Assembly: GCA_038153405.1 (NCBI GenBank)
Contig: JAYOYH010000054.1
Location: 15,404-29,780 of the forward strand
Origin: Gemmatimonadota bacterium
Lineage (GTDB): Bacteria; Latescibacterota; UBA2968; UBA8231
Reading direction: 5' to 3'
DNA length: 14,377 nucleotides
Shown here: in pieces, positions 7,777 to 14,377 of the stretch
Layout: each line of letters opens with the position of its first letter
How positions within the stretch are numbered: the stretch's first letter is position 1
The notes under the pieces: generated by a model
What the model saw: only the letters and a program-made list of their open reading frames with translations
Databases searched by the model: none
Told to the model about the DNA's origin: nothing
Program-made: the position numbers and the translations under genes

Positions 7777-8722
7777 TGGGAAAAACGGCTTTGCGCACTT
7801 CTCTGTACTGGGCGGCAATTCTCGCACTACAGCCCTCGACCCCCCACTGGTCTACATCCAGCCTGCGCAGACGGCGATCCTTGCGAAACCAGGTTATTTG
7901 CCGCTTGGCAAAGTGCCGCGTGCTCTTTTTTATTTCTTCGACGGCCAAGTCCCACGACAGTTCCCCCTCCATATAGCGCAGCATCTCCACATATCCCATA
8001 GAATTCATGGCAGAGGTGTGTCGACCATAGCCACGCGCCTGAAGCTTTTCTACTTCCTCCAGAAGGCCCTGCTCTATCATCGCATCAACTCGCATGTCGA
8101 TGCCCCGGTACAGCAATGGCCGCTGGCGATCTAGCCAAATCATCACGGTCCTGTAGTTTGGCTTGGGCAATTGACCATGCCAACGCCGCGCCAGTGCCGC
8201 TCCCCCCATCCGCGCCACTTCGAGTGCCCGCAAAATGCGCTGTGTATCGTTTGCAGCAATGCGGTGATGGCTCTGCGGATCGAGTATTTTGAGTTCGTTG
8301 TATAGGGGGGCGATCCCCCCCAAGGCCACTTGCCGCTGCAGTTGAGAACGAATCGCGCTATAATCGACGTCATCTTCAAAAAATCCATCGATTACCGCTT
8401 TCCAGTACATGCCACTTCCGCCCACTAAAATTGGCGTAATCTGGCGTTCAATAAGTCCATCGATTACCGCGCGCGCCCTGCGCGCAAACTCGCCTGCGTT
8501 CAGTTGGCAATCGGGAGCTGCACTATCGATAAAGTGATGCTTTACCAACGCGCGCTCTTGTGGAGTTGGCTTAGCTGTGCCAATGTCCATTTCCCTGTAA
8601 AATTGGCGCGAGTCAACCGATATGATTTCTGCCGCGCTCAGGTACTTTGCCAGTGAGATCGACAGACTGGTTTTACCGCAAGAAGTTGGACCAGTGATTA
8701 AAATAATTGAGTTACATAACAT
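7766..8722 (-). CDS. miaA: tRNA dimethylallyltransferase MiaA
   Basis: ITGPTSCGKT, EIISVDSRQFYREMDIGTAKPT, HHFID, ILVGGSGMY, ND.QRI.RALEV, TRHFAKRQITWFR. Confidence 0.97.
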   Translation of the reverse strand: MLCNSIILITGPTSCGKTSLSISLAKYLSAAEIISVDSRQFYREMDIGTAKPTPQERALVKHHFIDSAAPDCQLNAGEFARRARAVIDGLIERQITPILVGGSGMYWKAVIDGFFEDDVDYSAIRSQLQRQVALGGIAPLYNELKILDPQSHHRIAANDTQRILRALEVARMGGAALARRWHGQLPKPNYRTVMIWLDRQRPLLYRGIDMRVDAMIEQGLLEEVEKLQARGYGRHTSAMNSMGYVEMLRYMEGELSWDLAVEEIKKSTRHFAKRQITWFRKDRRLRRLDVDQWGVEGCSARIAAQYREVRKAVFPIDS

Positions 8723-8914
8723 ATATTATATGTCTTTAGAAATAGATGCGCTCCATTGTCCACCTAACAATCCTCTTCCCTCTAGCGAATTTACAGCACC
8801 CTATGCCCTCTATTAGCACCTGTTTGCCCTAGCGAATTCTTAGGTGTTGGGAATGGTCGCTATAACCAACCCCGATAATATGGTGCCATTAGACGAGTTG
8901 ACGCTTTCAGCGTT

Positions 8915-8953
8915 AAGCCCTTTTTATGTTGGTTTATAAGAAGGGGCTTTTTT
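8915..8953 (+). terminator. Intrinsic-terminator-like hairpin upstream of the aminotransferase
   Basis: AAGCCCTTTTTAT..ATAAGAAGGGGCTT stem running into T6 (8948-8953). Its G-U pairs form only on the plus strand. Confidence 0.6.
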
Positions 8954-8995
8954 GCTAGCAGCAACCGCAAGGCATCTACACAAGAGATATAGCTT

Positions 8996-10330
8996 ATGAC
9001 TACCGTTGAAGAACTGCTCTCTGATTACGGCCGAAAAAATGCACAGTCGCATCAACTGTTCCAACGCGCCCAGTCCTCCCTGCCGGGGGGAAATACGCGC
9101 ACCGGCGTCTACGTGGATCCGTTCCCCATCTACAGCCACAGCGGAAACGGCGTATATACGATCGATGTTGACGGCAACCAGCGCCTCGATTTTGTCAACA
9201 ACGCAACAGCTCTAATCCTTGGCCACGCCCATCCTGCCATCACCCAGGCGCTAGGTCAATGTATCCTGCGTGGCACGGCTTTTTTTACCCCCACGGAACT
9301 TGAAATTGAACTGGCAGAGCTAGTGCGCCAGCGCCTACCGTCTATGCAGCGCGTGCGCTTTTGTAGTTCGGGCACCGAGGCCGTGCTCAACGCGCTTCGC
9401 GCCGCGCGCGCCTTTACCGGCCGCAGCCACATCGCCAAATTTGAAGGCGCCTACCACGGCATCGACGATCCTGCCATGATTAGCTACATGCCCCCCGTCG
9501 ATGAGGCGCTGGGCCCTGTGGATCGACCCCGCTCTGTGCCCTCTTCAGCTGGACTAGCTCCCGGCACGGCCGAATCTGTGGTTGTCCTGCCTTTTAACGA
9601 CGCCGTTGCCTGCGAAGCCATCCTGCGCCAATATGCCGCAGATTTGGCCGCCGTCATTATAGATCCACTGTCGACAGCGAGTGGATTGGTCCTCCCACAG
9701 CCTTCTTTTCTCGAAAATCTGCGCACCGTAACTCGCGAGTTGGGCATATTGTTGATCTTTGACGAAATCGTGTCATTTCGCTTCTCGCAGGCCGGCACCC
9801 AAGGCGCGTACGGCATCGCTCCCGATTTGACCTGCTTGGCCAAGGTAATTGCCGGCGGCACAGCAGGCGGTGCCTTTGGCGGACGCGCGGACGTGATGGC
9901 GCTATACGACCCGACCAACGGCCCTCCAGCCATCGCTCAGTCAGGCACCTATAACGGCAACCCCATAGCCACTGCTGCAGGCCTAGCCACCCTGCGCACA
10001 ATGACACCGGAAGCCTACGCTCAACTCGGCCACCTGACCAACGCCCTAGCCGCTCAATTAGAAGACGCGTTTCGCTCAGCCGGCATTGCCGCCAGCCTCG
10101 TCGTAGCCGGTTCGATGTTTCGCATATACTTTCTCGCTGAACCACCGACAAACTACCGCCAAGCTGCAACCGATTCAAAAGAAAAGCACCGCTGGTTTTA
10201 TTTTTGGATGGCCAATCACGGCATTTCCATTCGCCAAGGTGGCGCCTTATCGCTACCGATGACCGCACAGCATACCGAGCAGTTAATCGCCGAAACCCGA
10301 CGCGCGTTAGAGGAGTGGCCTTTCGAATGA
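8996..10330 (+). CDS. Class III PLP-dependent aminotransferase, GSA-aminomutase-like paralogue (probably not true HemL)
   Basis: SGTEA, KFEGAYHG, LLIFDEIVSFR, PDLTCLAK (PLP lysine), SGTYNGNP. Lacks the HemL-typical PGGVNSPVR, SWGP and AGSG motifs. Confidence 0.9.
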   Translation: MTTVEELLSDYGRKNAQSHQLFQRAQSSLPGGNTRTGVYVDPFPIYSHSGNGVYTIDVDGNQRLDFVNNATALILGHAHPAITQALGQCILRGTAFFTPTELEIELAELVRQRLPSMQRVRFCSSGTEAVLNALRAARAFTGRSHIAKFEGAYHGIDDPAMISYMPPVDEALGPVDRPRSVPSSAGLAPGTAESVVVLPFNDAVACEAILRQYAADLAAVIIDPLSTASGLVLPQPSFLENLRTVTRELGILLIFDEIVSFRFSQAGTQGAYGIAPDLTCLAKVIAGGTAGGAFGGRADVMALYDPTNGPPAIAQSGTYNGNPIATAAGLATLRTMTPEAYAQLGHLTNALAAQLEDAFRSAGIAASLVVAGSMFRIYFLAEPPTNYRQAATDSKEKHRWFYFWMANHGISIRQGGALSLPMTAQHTEQLIAETRRALEEWPFE

Positions 10331-11064
10331 CGCATCCTATTCCCGAGGGATTGATTTGCTTGACGTTTGACGACGGCGTTAAATCCCAACATCGCTTTGT
10401 GGCCCCCCTGCTCGAAGACCTGGGCTTCGGGGGAACCTTTTACATTTCAGAGGGGCTGCGTTTTTTAGAAGATAAAACGCGCTATATGACATGGGAAGAA
10501 ATTGCGGATCTCGATGCCCGCGGATTTGAGATTGGCAACCATACTCGGGCACATAAAAACGTCAACGAGCAAACCGATACGGATCTATTAGCCGATATCG
10601 AGCATATTGACGAGCGCTGTCGCGCACACGGCATTGTCCGCCCCACGACTTTTTGCTACCCAGGCTACAACAACGGCCCGGCGGCCGTCGAGCTACTGCG
10701 CATTCGAGGCTTTGCCTTTGCCCGTCGCGGCACCGACCCCGAATTCGAGCGAAAGAGCACGGGGGGAAGAGGTCCGGCTTTCGATGCGATGCTACACGAC
10801 CCCCTCCTCATACCAACTACCGGGGCAGCCGGCCCCGATTACTCGTTTGATGATTTCAAGTGGTCTGTCGAATGCGCCAAAGACGGCAAAGTCTGCGTTC
10901 TCACCTACCACGGCGTGCCCGACCTAGACCATTCATGGGTGCATATCGACCCCGACGTTTTTTCTGCCCATATGCGCTATTTACAGGACAACGACTGCAC
11001 GGTCATCGCACTGCGCGATCTCGTTCGCTATGTCGCTCCATCCATCAGAGCAGGAGTCACTTGA
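10327..11064 (+). CDS. Polysaccharide deacetylase family (CE4/NodB homology) protein, no signal peptide
   Basis: LTFDDG, GFEIGNHTRAH, FCYPG, LTYHG. Start reassigned to ATG 10327, which overlaps the upstream stop as ATGA. Confidence 0.9.
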   Translation: MTHPIPEGLICLTFDDGVKSQHRFVAPLLEDLGFGGTFYISEGLRFLEDKTRYMTWEEIADLDARGFEIGNHTRAHKNVNEQTDTDLLADIEHIDERCRAHGIVRPTTFCYPGYNNGPAAVELLRIRGFAFARRGTDPEFERKSTGGRGPAFDAMLHDPLLIPTTGAAGPDYSFDDFKWSVECAKDGKVCVLTYHGVPDLDHSWVHIDPDVFSAHMRYLQDNDCTVIALRDLVRYVAPSIRAGVT

Positions 11065-11090
11065 AAGCCATGATTTCAGATCTCTAATGC

Positions 11091-11618
11091 TTACTTCCTG
11101 ATCGTTCCATAGGCGTACTCCTCTATGCGCTCTATCTGGCCATTCTCGCGATACCAGATGTAGGTACCGTGCCTCTTCCCCTTTTTATACATACCCAATC
11201 CCTTTAATGCTCCCCCCTTGTAATAGACCATAAATACACCCTCCAATTTCCCCTTGGCATAAGTGCCTTTTGCCCGCAGTTCCCCGCTCCTATAATACAT
11301 CGCATAGGGTCCATGCCGCATGCCGGCGACAAAGGTTACCCTGCGGTCGATGATTCCGTCTTCGCGATACCAGATAGAGTCACCTTCCTCTTGCCCGTTT
11401 CGATACATCCCGTTCCTCCTCAGAGGACCACTCTGGTAATAGCCCTTAAGCCAACCGTCTGGCCTTCGCTCTAACCAATTTTCTCCCAGCGTAGAGAATT
11501 GATATTCTATCTTCTTTCCTCCATTGGGAAAGCGCTCTATATACACTCCACTATCCGATGCCATACCCGCGCTGCTTGCAATCAGCATTGCTATAAACGC
11601 ACTCCATTTGTTTTTCAT
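11091..11618 (-). CDS. Exported MORN-variant repeat protein (YwqK-antitoxin-like)
   Basis: Signal peptide MKNKWSAFIAMLIASSAGMA, then about five 24-aa repeats of pattern Y(Y/R)xxGxxxxxGxYxxGxxxG. Confidence 0.85.
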   Translation of the reverse strand: MKNKWSAFIAMLIASSAGMASDSGVYIERFPNGGKKIEYQFSTLGENWLERRPDGWLKGYYQSGPLRRNGMYRNGQEEGDSIWYREDGIIDRRVTFVAGMRHGPYAMYYRSGELRAKGTYAKGKLEGVFMVYYKGGALKGLGMYKKGKRHGTYIWYRENGQIERIEEYAYGTIRK

Positions 11619-11658
11619 ATCTTTAGCCCCGAATATTTAGCTCAGAGGAGAATGAGAT

Positions 11659-12678
11659 ATGTGGGACAATACGATGCGCGCCACCTTCGCCGAGCAGGGG
11701 TACCTCGTCGTACCTAACGCACTTAACCAACAGCAGGTGGACGAGCTCAATGCAGTATACGACCAGCTTGTATTGGAACGCGAAGACGCGCTCGAAACGG
11801 CCGGCACCGACCAGCAAGTGCGCTTCTTTATTGGCGAGCGCGATAAGCATTTGACGACGGATCGGCACGGCAACACCTATACGGGAAGAAGGTTCTGGAG
11901 CAAAGCCTACATGGATTTAATTGATAACGAAACCATGTTACCCATTATCGAAGAAGTCCTTGGCGACCCATCTTGGGGCCATGCGCCGGCCCATATGCCA
12001 GAGGCATTGCGCCCACACTTTCGACTAGATCACGACAATATTCACTATAAACCTGGTCGCAAGCCGACCGACGGCCCCGACGTGGGCGGAACGCTACACG
12101 GCGGCCCAGGCAACTTTCATATCACCTGCGTGTACGAGCTTAAAACGGTCGGCCTCGGAGATGGCGGATTCGGCTGCGTTCCAGGTACCCATAAACCAGC
12201 CAACTGGGCAAAGCTACAGGACACTGAAGGTGATTGGCGCCGAAACTGGTGCAATACGCAGTGGACTTCGCGCTCGGCTCATTGGGACGGCGACCTGACC
12301 GTCCACCACGTCGAAGCAAAGGCCGGTGATTGCATACTGTTTACCGAGAAACTCGTTCACGGAACGATTCCATGGTCCGGCAGCGGCGAACGCCGCACGC
12401 TATTCTACAAATACGTGCCTTTCGGCATGCACCACGGCGATGCGGGCTATGATATCGGCGATCCCGAACTGAGCGCACGACAGAAGCGCATACTCGAATT
12501 TTCGCCGAACTGGTTTAACGAACCCCGCGAAGACAAAGACTATGCGGCAAACCCAGCCCTGACGGCCCTCCATCCACTCGCACGCGCTGAGAGCGATCCC
12601 AGCGTGCTGCAACCCGGTATGGCTCCACCTCATATTCGACTAACTGACGAAACAAAGGCTTTGCTCACCAACACCTAA
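11659..12678 (+). CDS. Phytanoyl-CoA dioxygenase (PhyH) family Fe(II)/2-oxoglutarate enzyme
   Basis: FAEQGYLVVPNAL N-terminus, GDGGFGCVPGTHK, AKAGDCILFTEKLVHGT..W....ERR. SD GAGGAG at 11645-11650, 8 nt before the ATG. Confidence 0.88.
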   Translation: MWDNTMRATFAEQGYLVVPNALNQQQVDELNAVYDQLVLEREDALETAGTDQQVRFFIGERDKHLTTDRHGNTYTGRRFWSKAYMDLIDNETMLPIIEEVLGDPSWGHAPAHMPEALRPHFRLDHDNIHYKPGRKPTDGPDVGGTLHGGPGNFHITCVYELKTVGLGDGGFGCVPGTHKPANWAKLQDTEGDWRRNWCNTQWTSRSAHWDGDLTVHHVEAKAGDCILFTEKLVHGTIPWSGSGERRTLFYKYVPFGMHHGDAGYDIGDPELSARQKRILEFSPNWFNEPREDKDYAANPALTALHPLARAESDPSVLQPGMAPPHIRLTDETKALLTNT

Positions 12679-12684
12679 ACAGAC

Positions 12685-14049
12685 TTAATCAGCACGGATA
12701 TGCTCGCGCCCAAAGAGCAATTCGAGTACTCGCATAAGATCGGTCCAATCCACTGCCAGTTCGAATGCGCCTAAGCGCTGGGCAACGCGGCGATTTTCAA
12801 GGGGAAACTCCGCCCCGCCAAAAACGACCACGGGGGGACGGTCACCCCAGGCGTTGACCTTCTTAAAAACCCGCGCGACGTCCGGTTTCTCACCGGCCCT
12901 ATACCCAAAGTGAGAAAGGATAAGCAGGGCATCCTGATGTAGCTCATGGTTTAGCTCGTCAGCGGACGCCAATAACGATACTTCAGCTCCTACATGCTCG
13001 CGCAAATAGGCAATACCGCGCTGGTTGTTGGCATCGTTGAGGGGGTCCACCCATACGATTTTCGCCTCTTTCCCCAGCAGACTGCGTAGACGAGCCGTAA
13101 CGCAGGTTTCTTCCTTAATGGCCTCCAGCCACTCGTTAAACCCACTCCACCCGACTGACCATGTCTGCCCAGTCTTCTCATCAACCGCCTTTTCCGTATC
13201 GTAGTGCAGGACTTCAATTCCCTCGTGCTCAAGAAAAAAGTCGCGAATAGAAGGTGGTTTGTCCTCTAAAATGGCGTAGCCGATTGGGTGCTCTCGCCCC
13301 GAATGCCCCTTTCTTCCCGCTTCCAAGAAGGCTAGCACCTCTGAGCGCAATTCGTTTAAATAGGCATCAGTAAAGGAAAATCCGAGAAAAAGGAACGTAT
13401 AGCTGCCCAACGCTGCGCGCATAAAGTTTGAATAGGTGCCGTTTTCATAGAGAATCCTTCGGTAATCACTGCGACCTAAGACGATCGGGTTGTCGTTTGG
13501 ATCCCCGTTGGCATCACCGTGCAGCTTAATGACGGGCGTTTTTAATCGCCAATTATTGCGCCAATCCAAGCGATTCCACCAATAGGCAGATTCTCGCAGC
13601 ACGCTGTCGTATTGTCCCAATCCACCCGGCGTCTGAATCAGATTATCGTAGTTTAGGGTTAAAATGGCTCTGAATGGGATAGCCGCTAGCGCTTCACAGC
13701 GCACCCGCATATCCTCATTTGCTTCGGCAGAAGGCGTTACAGCCGCACTTACTGCCGCCTCAAATGCCCTTAGCCCCTCCGGCGTATTGCCAAATGCATC
13801 TCGCAGCGCTTGCCCACAGCCCTCTAACTGCAGCGCCGTCTGGGCGTCGTTTGCCAGCGAAACTAGATTAGCGCGCTGCCCTTCTGAAACGGTAGCCGGC
13901 AAACTGTTTGCCACCATGCGCAGCAGGCCCTGCCAGTGCGGTAAAACCGGCGCAGAAAATCCCGCGCCGACAAAGGCAATGCATCGCCCCGCGAGAATTT
14001 CTCTTCGAAGATGCTCCGGAACAGCCGGAATAAAAGGTTTTTCTATCAT
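12685..14049 (-). CDS. SIR2-like (SIR2_2) NADase domain fused to a C-terminal degenerate receiver-like domain
   Basis: FVGAGFS, LPHW.GL, ILTLNYD, VIKLHGD, IVLGRSDY, FLFLGFSFTD. The last ~120 aa have a beta/alpha receiver pattern: IVWVDP...LILSH...PVVVFG...AQRLGA. Confidence 0.85.
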   Translation of the reverse strand: MIEKPFIPAVPEHLRREILAGRCIAFVGAGFSAPVLPHWQGLLRMVANSLPATVSEGQRANLVSLANDAQTALQLEGCGQALRDAFGNTPEGLRAFEAAVSAAVTPSAEANEDMRVRCEALAAIPFRAILTLNYDNLIQTPGGLGQYDSVLRESAYWWNRLDWRNNWRLKTPVIKLHGDANGDPNDNPIVLGRSDYRRILYENGTYSNFMRAALGSYTFLFLGFSFTDAYLNELRSEVLAFLEAGRKGHSGREHPIGYAILEDKPPSIRDFFLEHEGIEVLHYDTEKAVDEKTGQTWSVGWSGFNEWLEAIKEETCVTARLRSLLGKEAKIVWVDPLNDANNQRGIAYLREHVGAEVSLLASADELNHELHQDALLILSHFGYRAGEKPDVARVFKKVNAWGDRPPVVVFGGAEFPLENRRVAQRLGAFELAVDWTDLMRVLELLFGREHIRAD

Positions 14050-14080
14050 TTCGCCCCATCTTTTCTACAAATTTTTAGGA

Positions 14081-14109
14081 TCCATACCAACCGACAAGGA
14101 ATGCTTCAA
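14081..14109 (-). promoter_or_regulatory. Possible promoter of the SIR2 gene
   Basis: Minus strand TTGAAG, 17-nt spacer ending TGG, then TATGGA, with A-tracts upstream (14110-14140, UP-element-like). The -10 match is imperfect. Confidence 0.35.
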
Positions 14110-14158
14110 ATTGTTCATATTTTGATTTTATATTTTTTGATGACGAATCAACCCTACC

Positions 14159-14377
14159 ATGCACTCCAAACGCAAGGCTAAAGGAGAAAGTTTAGAAGGC
14201 CTCATTGCATTTTATGAAAGCCCTATCGGCCTCGCTTGGTTAGAGAAGCAGCCCGATGTCATGACGAGGGCAGCACAGATTGCCCAGAATAAAATGAGCA
14301 AGCTCATGCCGCTTATGATGGACGAAATGAAAAAGTCTATGCCCACCCAAGCTATACCGCCAACACAACCTGCTGGT
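14159..14377 (+). pseudogene. DUF2059-like fragment, apparently 5'-truncated, runs off the window
   Basis: MHSKRKAKGESLEGLIAFYESPIGLAWLEKQPDVMTRAAQIAQNKM... contains the L..LIAFY.SP.G......P motif. In-frame TGA at 14141 and no N-terminal half or signal peptide. Confidence 0.6.

Noticed and set aside
8800..8900. Match to known riboswitches (c-di-GMP-I via GGCAAAC on the minus strand, fluoride via GGAATGG)
   Set aside because: Only short seeds match; the remaining conserved elements are absent.
2039..10268. Long alternative ORFs such as 2039-2782, 6350-6946, 7125-7742 and 9657-10268
   Set aside because: They overlap well-supported genes or the tRNA on the opposite strand, as expected in GC-rich DNA.
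8996..10330. Calling the aminotransferase hemL
   Set aside because: HemL-specific motifs are missing and no tetrapyrrole genes are nearby.
12685..14049. SIR2 gene as CobB deacylase or as Thoeris ThsA
   Set aside because: It has no zinc-finger cysteines or CobB-type QNID motif. The C-terminus does not look like SLOG or Macro, and no TIR gene is in the window.

Overview
Bacterial chromosomal window, moderately GC-rich, with two halves. Left (1-8722, all minus strand) is a housekeeping string read right to left: miaA, tRNA-Gly(CCC), a TPR+SLH lipoprotein, an exported FlgT-N-like protein, a PDZ/radical-SAM-like DUF512 protein, der (engA), a MerR-type HTH protein, rimP and nusA. nusA is missing from the ORF track because it runs off the window, and it ends in an 8-aa tandem-repeat tail. 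Right (8996-14377) is accessory-looking: a HemL-like class III aminotransferase coupled to a CE4/NodB deacetylase, an antisense lower-GC MORN-variant (YwqK-like) gene, a PhyH-family Fe(II)/2OG enzyme, a SIR2-like NADase fused to a degenerate receiver domain, and a 5'-truncated DUF2059-like remnant. The best candidates for new biology are (1) the SIR2 + pseudo-receiver fusion, a possible single-gene NAD+-depleting defence system; (2) the PhyH-fold enzyme with H-x-G in place of H-x-D, a halogenase-like signature; and (3) an orphan terminator with alternative pairings and a small ORF upstream of the aminotransferase, a possible attenuator. All family calls come from motif recognition by eye; no searches were run.
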